A DNA stretch of 64,000 nt from Tubulanus polymorphus. Its lineage: Eukaryota; Animalia; Nemertea. The translations under genes and the position numbers were made by a program. Within the stretch, counting starts at the first letter, position 1. Every line of letters starts with the position of its first letter. The stretch spans positions 1 to 64,000 of the forward strand of contig NC_134028.1 in the NCBI RefSeq assembly GCF_964204645.1, written 5' to 3'. Of this stretch, positions 43,587-53,020 are shown one piece after another. The notes beneath the pieces are model-generated. The model had not been told where the DNA came from, made no database searches, and saw nothing but the letters and a program-made list of their open reading frames with translations.

Positions 43587-45146
43587 ATGATTCCTGCACT
43601 GACACTGACGAAGGCAACCTCGCCGAAATATCTGTCAATGGAGCGATCTACTCGAAAGAAGAAACGACCACCAGCTGAGAAGACCAGCAAGGGCGGAGGA
43701 CGCCCTGAGCGACACCAGCAACCCGGGATGTCGCCGAAAAATTACTATAGAGCTCTTCAAGTGGCGCACCACCTTGCCCAGTTGAGCTCTGGTCCGAAAG
43801 CGATTCGGAGGAAGAAGGACCATCTGAAGATGTTCCTGCGGCCGGCGGCTTGCACCGAAGCAGTAACGGTGCAGCTGCACGCTGCCGCGGACGTCTGGAT
43901 GGAGACAGTTTCGAAAGAGCTGACCATCCATTACGCTGCCACATTTGTTCAGCTAATGGGTGATCCTCTGCCGGACTGTCTATCAGCACAGGATGTCGCC
44001 CTGACATGGGCCCGGAGGAATTTCGGCTCCCGTCTGAGCCCCGGAACGATCCGGCTTTTCAACATCGCGCTGGATTTGCGGTCGAAATTCCGCGGTCAGG
44101 CTCTGTCTGACAAACTCAGAAATGTCCTATCTAACCCACCTTCTTCCCCTTCTCATTTCAGGTCACACCACCAGGAGGCACCCACGGAGCCGAAGATTCG
44201 TCCGCCGCCGAGACCGAGCCGGAAGATTCGAAAGCCCGCGACGCCGAGGACGCCTGCACCAACCGCAGCCGCGCCCGCCGCGCCCACAGCGCCTCCTTCT
44301 TTTTCTGATTCCAGGTCACCGAGAAGCTACGCGGATGTCACCAGGACGCCACCAACCAGAATGGCGCCACCACCGAGAAGTCCGATGCCGACGCCGCCGC
44401 CGCCACCAAGAAGTCCGACGCCACCGAGAAGTCCGACGCCGCCGCCTCGAAACCCGACGCCGCCGCCGCCGCAGAGAACGCCGACCGCACCAACCAGCAG
44501 TCCGACGCCGTCTCTCTCTTCTTCTCTTTCCAGCTCTCCGTCTCATTACAGGTCACCAGGGCGCCTACTGCCAGCGCGAAGTCCGACGCCAACACCGAGA
44601 CCGATGGCGCCCCAGGAAGTTCGCCGTCATCCGAATACGGGTCGGAAGAAACAGGATTGGAGTCTGCCACCAACCCGGCGACCCATTCTGGTGATTGGTG
44701 ACTCAAATCTGAGTAACATCACATCAAGCCGCCGTCCGGATGACGTCCAGATCGAGAGCTTCCCCGGCTGCAAGATAGCTCATCTCGCCGACCTGATCGA
44801 TGCTGTACCGGAGCGCCGAGATCGCCCGGATACGGTGATCATCAGCGTCGGAATCAACAACCGCGACAACAACTTCGAAGCGACCGCCAAGAAGACCACA
44901 CAGCGCCTGATCAACGCCGCAGTCAAGAAGTATCAGCACTCGTTCGTCCACTTCGTTCAACTGAACACGACCCGCGAACACCAGCAGTTCGCCCGGAAGT
45001 TCAACGAATTCCTCGAGAATAACGACGACGTCACCGCGATACCACCCATCGATGATCGACGCTTCAGAGTTGTTGGAGACGGGATCCACTGGAACCGTGG
45101 TACAGCTAACACCCTGCTGGACCACTGGCTCAGTGGTTTAAACTAA
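43587..45146 (+). CDS. Family A ORF1 (519 aa variant)
   Basis: Identical protein to 31085-32644. Confidence 0.9.
   Translation: MIPALTLTKATSPKYLSMERSTRKKKRPPAEKTSKGGGRPERHQQPGMSPKNYYRALQVAHHLAQLSSGPKAIRRKKDHLKMFLRPAACTEAVTVQLHAAADVWMETVSKELTIHYAATFVQLMGDPLPDCLSAQDVALTWARRNFGSRLSPGTIRLFNIALDLRSKFRGQALSDKLRNVLSNPPSSPSHFRSHHQEAPTEPKIRPPPRPSRKIRKPATPRTPAPTAAAPAAPTAPPSFSDSRSPRSYADVTRTPPTRMAPPPRSPMPTPPPPPRSPTPPRSPTPPPRNPTPPPPQRTPTAPTSSPTPSLSSSLSSSPSHYRSPGRLLPARSPTPTPRPMAPQEVRRHPNTGRKKQDWSLPPTRRPILVIGDSNLSNITSSRRPDDVQIESFPGCKIAHLADLIDAVPERRDRPDTVIISVGINNRDNNFEATAKKTTQRLINAAVKKYQHSFVHFVQLNTTREHQQFARKFNEFLENNDDVTAIPPIDDRRFRVVGDGIHWNRGTANTLLDHWLSGLN
43600..43637 (+). ncRNA. Minimal hammerhead ribozyme, family A
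   Basis: Same sequence as 2627-2664. Confidence 0.85.
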
Positions 45147-47602
45147 GTATTAGTGAGACCAACGGGTCCACTATTGGTGAGTTAAATCAACCGGAATTAA
45201 CCAATGCTTCTCTGATTTCTTCCATTTCCAGGTCCGACGAACACGAAGAACCGGCACCAAACCAAGCGCGACGCGATCCGGTCACCGCTCTCGGGAGCCC
45301 GGTGGTCAACCTCACACGTTCACTCCGCCTAAGTCCGGCGCAACATCAGCTACTCCGAAAGGGCCTCACTTATTGCCCGACTCCAAGAATCGGTTCTGAT
45401 GCCGCCGCGACCGAGCGCACCAAGGGAGTGTGCCGATTCAACCGGCTAGTGAAACTCGACCATCACTTCCGAGACAAACCGGACCGCGAGGCTCCGCGTT
45501 TCCGTCTGCCCAGCAGTTGGGCTCCGGATGAAATAGAACCAGTAATCGCCGGGTTCTGCAACGACGCGCACGAATTGGCTCAACAAACCAGGGATACGCG
45601 TCGCGTAAATGATAACCTCACTAAACAGGAACGCGAAGCCCTCCAGCAGCTGCGTGACAACACTAATATTGTCATCAAAGCCGCCGATAAGGGTTCCGCT
45701 ACGGTTATCATGGACCGCGACGACTACGTCCTCGAAGCCATGCGCCAACTAGCCGATCTCGAGTATTATCAGCCGCTGCAGCAACCGATCTTCGAACAGA
45801 CCGGGGAAGAAATTCGCGAAATCATCGAAAATATGGCTCGACGAAAAATCATCCCGCTAAAAACCGCCGAATATCTATTACCGCCCGATAATCCGAAACA
45901 GAGGCAGTTCTATCTGCTTCCCAAAATCCATAAAGAACGCGAGAAGTGGACGGTACCCGATCGCGTACCGCCGGGGAGACCGATCGTCTCCGACTGCGGC
46001 TCCGAAACCTACGAAATTTCGGAATGGATCGACTACTATTTGCAGCCGATCGCCCGCGGTCACCCGTCGTACGTCAAAGATACCAACCACTTTCTAGATA
46101 TTTTGGCCGGTAAACAATTTAGCGCCGATGCGTTACTCGTCACCATGGACATCGATTCGCTCTACACCAACATCCCCCACGAAGAGGGTATCGCCAGCAT
46201 CCGACAAGCTCTCCGAGATAACCCGAACCCGGGACGCCCGGATGCCGAGCTGCTGAAACTACTCGAAATCAGCCTGAAGAAAAATGACTTTAACTTTAAC
46301 GAAAACACATATTTACAGGTAAAAGGTACCGCAATGGGTAAGCGTTTTGCTCCTTCTTATGCCAATATCTTTGTAGCCGAATGGGAAAAAGAAGGTCTGT
46401 CCAGAAGCGAACTCCAACCATCGCTATACGCTCGGTTCATCGACGACATCTACATAGTTTGGGAACACGGCCGCGAAACGTTGATGCAATTCATCGACGT
46501 CCTACAAACAGTGAGCCGATCCATCAAACTCAAGTTCGAAATCAGCGACACCAGCGTCAACTTCCTGGACGTAACCACTTTCAAAGGCCCGCGATTCGAG
46601 ACAAGTGGCACAGTAGACACCAAAGTCTACTTCAAACCAACCGATTCGCATCAATTACTACATCGATCCTCGTTTCACCCTAAACACACATTTTCCGGTA
46701 TAGTTAAAAGTCAAATTCTCCGGTTCCGGCGCATCTGCAATAACGATTCGGACTTACACGCAGCGTCCGGAACCGTCCTTAAAGTACTCAGAGGTCGTGG
46801 CTACAAAGACCGCGAACTGCGACACATCAAAAGCCAAGCTCTACGGCACCACGCCGAACGAGATCTACGAGAACAACAACGGGCCGACGAACCGCCGAAA
46901 AAGCGTTTACCGCTTATCTTACCTCACTCCGAAGCCAACCGAACCCTAGCCCGTAACATCCGAACCAGATTTACGGAACTGGCTACGGCCACCGGCCGGT
47001 CGGACGAGGTAACCACGGTCACCGCCTACACCAAGCACAAGAGTCTCAAAGATCTCCTAACTTCGTCGCAGCTCAAACCCACGGAGCCACCCCCTCCCCG
47101 AGTCCCCTCTTCACCGCATCGTAACAGAAATACTTCCGTTGTTTCCAATTCTTCTATTTCCAGGTCTACTCAAAGAACTCCGTCAACCCGACGTCGAGGC
47201 ACCGAGAAATGCAGAACACCGAGATGTCGTACGTGTCCACTCGTCCGAGAAACAACCGTTTGCCGCAGCCACAACAAAATGCACGCGATCCGCAGCACAA
47301 TTAATTGCGCGACCCGTGAAATTGTATACTGCATCGAATGCACCAAGTGCAACATGCTGTACGTCGGCCAAACCGGAATGTCTCTACGAGAACGCGTCAC
47401 TCATCACGTCTCACGCATCAGAACGAAGAATTCGACTCCAGTCTCGGACCACTTCAACCAAGTCGACCACACCCGCGAACACTTTCGGGTGTACGGTCTC
47501 CAACACCTACCAGGCTCCACGAGACCGATCCGCGAAGCAGCCGAACAAGACTGGATACGACGACTCGACACGAACACGCCCCGAGGCATGAACGTCCCGT
47601 AG
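45137..47602 (+). CDS. Family A ORF2 RT + GIY-YIG
   Basis: Intact (track start 45302). Confidence 0.95.
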   Translation, partial: FKLSISETNGSTIGELNQPELTNASLISSISRSDEHEEPAPNQARRDPVTALGSPVVNLTRSLRLSPAQHQLLRKGLTYCPTPRIGSDAAATERTKGVCRFNRLVKLDHHFRDKPDREAPRFRLPSSWAPDEIEPVIAGFCNDAHELAQQTRDTRRVNDNLTKQEREALQQLRDNTNIVIKAADKGSATVIMDRDDYVLEAMRQLADLEYYQPLQQPIFEQTGEEIREIIENMARRKIIPLKTAEYLLPPDNPKQRQFYLLPKIHKEREKWTVPDRVPPGRPIVSDCGSETYEISEWIDYYLQPIARGHPSYVKDTNHFLDILAGKQFSADALLVTMDIDSLYTNIPHEEGIASIRQALRDNPNPGRPDAELLKLLEISLKKNDFNFNENTYLQVKGTAMGKRFAPSYANIFVAEWEKEGLSRSELQPSLYARFIDDIYIVWEHGRETLMQFIDVLQTVSRSIKLKFEISDTSVNFLDVTTFKGPRFETSGTVDTKVYFKPTDSHQLLHRSSFHPKHTFSGIVKSQILRFRRICNNDSDLHAASGTVLKVLRGRGYKDRELRHIKSQALRHHAERDLREQQRADEPPKKRLPLILPHSEANRTLARNIRTRFTELATATGRSDEVTTVTAYTKHKSLKDLLTSSQLKPTEPPPPRVPSSPHRNRNTSVVSNSSISRSTQRTPSTRRRGTEKCRTPRCRTCPLVRETTVCRSHNKMHAIRSTINCATREIVYCIECTKCNMLYVGQTGMSLRERVTHHVSRIRTKNSTPVSDHFNQVDHTREHFRVYGLQHLPGSTRPIREAAEQDWIRRLDTNTPRGMNVP

Positions 47603-47716
47603 ACCGCCTCACTACAACAATTAACTCTCACTACTTTTTTACAGGGATAACCCGCTGCCCGTGCACTAGTGGGGTCTCCAAACCTTCGGTTTGGTCCCCT
47701 AACCTCTATCTCTAAA

Positions 47717-47816
47717 CCTAACCCTAACCCTAACCCTAACCCTAACCCTAACCCTAACCCTAACCCTAACCCTAACCCTAACCCTAACCCTAACCCTAAC
47801 CCTAACCCTAACCCTA
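47717..47816 (+). repeat. Telomeric repeat tract (CCCTAA)n, ~16.5 units
   Basis: CCTAA + 15 perfect CCCTAA + CCCTA. Confidence 0.98.
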
Positions 47817-49472
47817 CGACGACAACCACAGACAGCAGCCGCCGAACAACCAGTACAACAACCACAGACAGCAGCCACAGTACTACGACGACAACCACAG
47901 ACAGCAGCAACAAAACAACCGCCGTAACAACCGCAGGAAGCAGGCGCGAAACAACAACAGCGACCACAGACAGCAGCCGCGCAACAACGACAGCAACCAC
48001 AGACAACAACCACAACAACACCAGCTCAACCAAAACCGCCGGTCCACGTACCAGGGGCCCCCCGACGGCCTGCTGAAAAACGCAATACAGTCGCACTACC
48101 GCGCTATCCAAGCCATTCAGCACTACCTGAATGTCAACGAAAAATTACCGCCAGGCCTGCTCCGTCAGCAGCAAAACCTGGTTCACAACATCAGACCGGC
48201 CAGCATGACACCAGAAACCGCGCAACACATCCGCGACGCAGCCTCCGAATGGGGCAAATCTATTCACGCGATTCTACGCGAACACCACTTCGCGACCGTT
48301 ATGCACGAATTCAACTACATGAGTTCGATTCCCGCGCCAGTGAAATCGCCCTCAAGTGGGCACGAAAAAACTTCGGAAAACGCCTCCGAAACCCTACGCT
48401 CGCGTTGTACGACCGTTGCAACGCTATCCGACGCGACACGCCGTCCGGCGAGAATCGACTCGCCGGCCTAATCGCGACCTTAAACGCAGGTCCGCCCGCC
48501 GTTGATACATACGCACAGCCGCAACCTATGTGGGTAGCGACCCCACCTGTCCAACAGACAGCCGCTATAGTCATTCCGACTCCGCCTCCACAACCGAGAG
48601 CAACCACCGCGGTTGCCACAGCAACGCCAAACACTCCACGCGCCGCCACACGGAATTCACTCTCCATCGCAGCCAACCAGCAGACTCCGAAACGTCCAAA
48701 GACGAATAAACCGCAACAACCACTGATCGCGACCGCCGCGACGCCGCCAAACGCGCCAATATCGCAACAAACCGCCACAGTGTACGATCAAACACTGGAC
48801 TTTAGTAACATCAGCGCGTGCCCCGTGAGCTCGCCCGCCGTTAATCGCAGCTACGCCGAGGTCGTAGCCACACCTGACCGCTCTACGGAACCCGCCGAAA
48901 ACAACACATACACGCCCGGACCAGCGATGCCACAACCGGTAAGAACCCACCAGAAAACGACACACAAAGTGAAAGAATGGATAATCCCTGAAACCGAAAG
49001 GGAAATCGTCATCCTTGGGGATTCCAACCTCAACCGCATCACATCAAGCCACGATCCGGACGGGGTACAAATCGAGTGTTTCCCCGGCGCGAAAATCAAA
49101 CATTTGCGAGAATTACTAGCGAAAAAGATTCCGGACCGCGCCCAACCGGACCATGTAATTGTCTCGATCGGCATCAACGACCGAGATAACAGTTTCGAAA
49201 ATACAACCAGCGACAATCTGAAAAAACTGATATCCACGACACAGAAAGTGTACAACCAAGCCAGCGTCCATTTCGTGTGTCTAAACTCAATTGCGCGGTA
49301 TCAACCATACGCGGATAAAGTGAACAATATCATACGGGACTACGCGGAACATTACATTCCGCCTATCGCCAGCAGTGAATTCGGAGTCAACCCGGATGAC
49401 GATATTCACTGGACCGAATACACGGCGAACACACTACTCAACCACTGGCTGGAAACCGTAAAAAACGAATAG
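47814..49472 (+). pseudogene. 5'-truncated, frameshifted family B ORF1
   Basis: Starts inside the Q/N repeat; AACTACATG at ~48316 vs AACTTACATG in intact copies (1-bp deletion). Confidence 0.85.
49460..49466 (+). promoter_or_regulatory. Predicted -1 slippery heptamer, family B (also 54973-54979)
   Basis: A AAA AAC in ORF1 phase, one codon before TAG; -1 frame is open into ORF2. Confidence 0.7.
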
Positions 49473-51862
49473 CTTCAGAAGCCAAACAGCCCGTAAGTAA
49501 GATTATTCTTACCCCAAAACCAGACTCTTATCCCATCCCCAGACAGGCCCCTATCGTTAATCCCGCACCAGTCACCCTAAGTGACCAATCAAAACGGACG
49601 GCATTAGGCACCTCAGTTCTAAATCTCTCAAAAAAAACCCAACTCTCCTCGGGCCAGAGAAAACTACTAGAAAGGGGCTTATCCTACTGCCCCAGACCAC
49701 CCAACGCACCCGACCGGGACGCTAAAGATAGATTACAATCCCTTACGGACTTTAATAGACGGGTAATCTTAAATTATCATTTCAAAGACAATACCCCAGG
49801 CATCGCCCCCAAATTCCGTCTGCCCTCGGGTTGGACCCCCGACGAAATAAACCCCGAAATATTGAATTTCTGTCAAAAAAACATAGAGTCAGCCCAGAGC
49901 GCGCAACCTATCCCTGAGAGAAATAATCTGACAACCGAGGAAAAGACAGCCCTCAGACAATTGAAACAGAACCCCGACATCATTATAAAACCTGCCGACA
50001 AGGGCTCCACAACAGTAATCATGGACCGCGAAGACTACATACTCGAGGCCCAAAACCAACTAAATAATCCGACGTACTACCGCAAACTGGACGCCCCTAT
50101 ATATCGCGAGACACAACAGTATATCCACGAAACAGTTGATAATATGCGCCGGCGGAACGTCATCACTCGTAAAACCGCGCAGTATTTAAAACACCCTCCG
50201 GAACCCCGACCGAGACTATTCTATCTACTACCCAAAATTCACAAAAACCCCGACAAATGGACAGTACCCAATGAAATTCCTCCCGGCCGCCCTATCGTAT
50301 CAGATTGCAGTAGTGAATCTTACCACACTGCAGCCTGGATCGATCACTTCCTACAACCTTTAGCCTCTGGACACCCATCTTACCTGAAAGATACCACACA
50401 TTTCCTTGAGACAATCCAACAGCAGACCCTGAGCCCCGACTCCATCCTCGTCACCCTAGACATTAGCTCTCTATATACCAATATTGGTCACGACGACGGG
50501 CTCCGAGCGGTAAGAAACACATTCGCCGCTCACCCCGATCCAGATAGGCCCGATAATGATATATTAAAACTCCTGGAAATAAGCCTGAAAAATAATGATT
50601 TTGAATTGAATGGGGATTATTATTTACAAACCAAAGGGACGGCCATGGGCAAGAAATTCGCCCCCTCATACGCGAATATTTTCGTAGCCGAATGGGAGAC
50701 AGCCGCCCTGGCCAAATCACCTCTACAACCATCCCTCTATAAGAGGTTTATTGACGATATATTCCTCATATGGGAACACGGGGAAGAAGAACTTACCACC
50801 TTCCTAGACATACTACAGACTCACCACGCGTCTATTGACCTGACCTGGGAGATTGACAAGCAATCCGCAAATTTCTTAGATACTACAGTGTTCAAGGGCC
50901 CGCGCTTTGACGCACTCCGTATCCTTGACTCTAAAATATTCTTCAAACCGACAGATTCCCACCAACTTCTTCACACTAGCTCATTTCATCCCCGACACAC
51001 TTTCGCTGGAGTCCTCAAGAGCCAGCTTCTCCGATACAGGAGAATCTGCAATAACGACGCTGACTTCCACGCGGCCACCAAGACACTTTTCACCTCCCTG
51101 CGACAGCGAGGCTACGCTGACCGCACGCTGAGATACGCCAAGTCCCGTATCCTGAAAAACACAAACAATGACGATAAGGGGGAGGCCGAACAGGACGTAA
51201 AAATTCCCCTCATCCTCCCACACAACCGCACTAATAAATTACTATCATATCAAATTAAACATCAATTCACTCAATTACTATCCGAAACCGCACGTACCGA
51301 TCCAATCCGCATCATCACGGCCTACTCCAAACATAAAAACCTAAAAGATATACTAACATCCACAAAACTACACCCTGTAATCCACACTGACAACACAAAT
51401 AACGCTACAACGGCCCCGGGACCCAATATCTACACAAGACGCCCGGGTACGTACTGCTGTAATCAACCGCGTTGCCAAACATGTAAACACATCATAAACA
51501 AAAGATCCATAAAAAATAACGAACAGACATCTCGAATACACAGTCACTTCACCTGCAACTCAAAACAACTAATTTATGCCATCACATGTAATAAATGTCA
51601 CGTATTATACGTCGGACAGACGGGAAATACTCTCAAACAAAGATTCACAAACCACATATCCTGCATCAAAAATGACCTCCCGACCCCAGTAGCTAAACAC
51701 TTTAATTCAGCGGCCCACACCCTTCAAAACATCAATATATTTGGAATCCAATCAATCCCGGACTCGGACCAGAAACTCAGGGAAACCGCCGAAAGCTATT
51801 GGATAAACCATTTAAATACTATGATACCAAACGGCCTGAACGAAAGAGAAATGCACCCGTAA
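49460..51862 (+). CDS. Family B ORF2: PLE RT + GIY-YIG (frame open from slippery site; extends ~130 codons upstream of track start 49862)
   Basis: Upstream frame encodes TALGTSVLNLS..LLERGLSYCP..FNRRVILNYHF..PKFRLPSGWTPDEI, homologous to family A; KPADKG, LDISSLYTNI, GTAMG, RFIDDI, LIY..YVGQT..E..PNGLN. Confidence 0.95.
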   Translation, partial: KKRIASEAKQPVSKIILTPKPDSYPIPRQAPIVNPAPVTLSDQSKRTALGTSVLNLSKKTQLSSGQRKLLERGLSYCPRPPNAPDRDAKDRLQSLTDFNRRVILNYHFKDNTPGIAPKFRLPSGWTPDEINPEILNFCQKNIESAQSAQPIPERNNLTTEEKTALRQLKQNPDIIIKPADKGSTTVIMDREDYILEAQNQLNNPTYYRKLDAPIYRETQQYIHETVDNMRRRNVITRKTAQYLKHPPEPRPRLFYLLPKIHKNPDKWTVPNEIPPGRPIVSDCSSESYHTAAWIDHFLQPLASGHPSYLKDTTHFLETIQQQTLSPDSILVTLDISSLYTNIGHDDGLRAVRNTFAAHPDPDRPDNDILKLLEISLKNNDFELNGDYYLQTKGTAMGKKFAPSYANIFVAEWETAALAKSPLQPSLYKRFIDDIFLIWEHGEEELTTFLDILQTHHASIDLTWEIDKQSANFLDTTVFKGPRFDALRILDSKIFFKPTDSHQLLHTSSFHPRHTFAGVLKSQLLRYRRICNNDADFHAATKTLFTSLRQRGYADRTLRYAKSRILKNTNNDDKGEAEQDVKIPLILPHNRTNKLLSYQIKHQFTQLLSETARTDPIRIITAYSKHKNLKDILTSTKLHPVIHTDNTNNATTAPGPNIYTRRPGTYCCNQPRCQTCKHIINKRSIKNNEQTSRIHSHFTCNSKQLIYAITCNKCHVLYVGQTGNTLKQRFTNHISCIKNDLPTPVAKHFNSAAHTLQNINIFGIQSIPDSDQKLRETAESYWINHLNTMIPNGLNEREMHP

Positions 51863-52065
51863 GGTGACGACCACTCACTCACACGCCATCTATCACTATC
51901 ACAAACAAACACACACAGTTCACTCGCGTCAAAAACAGACGCTCAAACAAACTATCACCCGGCTCGAGCGCTATTGCGCTGCCGCCTAAATATACGGACA
52001 CGAGCCCGCAACCAATCGAACAAACGACGGTATATCAAGCTCTCAAATCACTTTCCAAACTTTCC

Positions 52066-52186
52066 GTGGAAAATAGGCAAATATTTTTCTGTTGCCTGAG
52101 CACCGGGGGTGCAAACCCCCAACCTCTATCCCTAAAACCTAACCCAGCCTGAGCCGGAAAAATATTGTCCTATAATTCATTTCCAC
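52066..52186 (+). ncRNA. Family B 3' structured RNA element with telomere-like segment (also 57579-57699)
   Basis: GTGGAAA/TTTCCAC, ATAGG/CCTAT, AATATTTTTC/GAAAAATATT stems; GCCTGAGC at 52094 and 52147; GGGGGT-GCAA-ACCCCC hairpin; AACCTCTATCCCTAAAACCTAACCC. Confidence 0.65.
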
Positions 52187-52935
52187 ATATCTCTAAAAAC
52201 TGATCCACCACACGGATCACTCGACAGCTAGGCAGCTATCTTAAAAAAGCACGAGTTCACTCAGCACATTTTTTTATCCAATATAAGGAAACAAACGTCG
52301 AGCACATGTCAACCGCTCTTTTTATTTCAACATGTTTTCGAATAGATTCGATCGCCGAATCATCCTGAAATGATGACGCAAACAATTATTCTCTCGGAAA
52401 AAATTTTTTTTATTTAGTAAAGACGAACGAATATCAACACGCTATGACTACACTATTCTCGGCATATTTTCAATTAGTTTCGACCCCCAGCAAGGGCGCT
52501 CTCTTTATAAACATGATTTCTTTCAACATATTTTATTATTTGATATATGGGAACGAACGGCAAATACGCCATAGCTGCACTTTCATTTCGACATATTTTT
52601 TAGATCCGTTTCTCCGGGTCGCCCGCAGCAAGGACGCTCTCTTGTAAAAACACAAGGATTCTCACATAAAATATTTTATTTTTACTCATCAAAACCTCAT
52701 CCCCAGTAACGGTTCTCACGAACAGCGGAGTCTCTCACCCGGAAGTTCGCACCTCGACGTCCAGGCAGGGTATGACGCCCATGACTAATTATCAAAATTA
52801 GCGCCAGCACAGCGACATAGAGCACGCCCGACCAATGCATTACGTTCATAGGGCCCCTATGTCGCTGTACATTAGTCTCCTATGCCCTAATACATTGGAC
52901 TAATTACGCGACCGAGACACACCCCCAAGCCCGAC

Positions 52936-52943
52936 TATAAAGA
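52936..52943 (+). promoter_or_regulatory. TATA box of family B (also 58449-58456)
   Basis: TATAAAGA 42 nt before the hammerhead; CCAAT and CCGGAAGT motifs further upstream. Confidence 0.55.
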
Positions 52944-52977
52944 CCGGCCCGAAAACTCCACTGTCCTAGAATCCTTC

Positions 52978-53016
52978 AGTTACTGACGAAGATACAATCA
53001 ATCGAAACGTTTAACT
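52978..53016 (+). ncRNA. Minimal type I hammerhead ribozyme, family B
   Basis: AGTTA-CTGACGA-A-GAT acaatca ATC-GAAA-CG-TT-TAACT: stem I AGTTA/TAACT, stem II GAT/ATC; predicted cleavage after 53011. Confidence 0.85.
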
Positions 53017-53020
53017 AACG

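Larger units (their letters stand above)
25904..47723 (+). mobile_element. Family A PLE tandem block 2 (5'-truncated unit + 3 full units, period 6251 bp)
   Basis: ORF1 starts at 31085, 37336, 43587; shared diagnostic variants; bounded by telomeric tracts on both sides. Confidence 0.95.

Noticed and set aside
1-47723. Entire array as an assembly duplication artefact
   Set aside because: Units carry distinct SNPs and indels and have biologically coherent junctions, though the exact number of identical units still needs long-read confirmation
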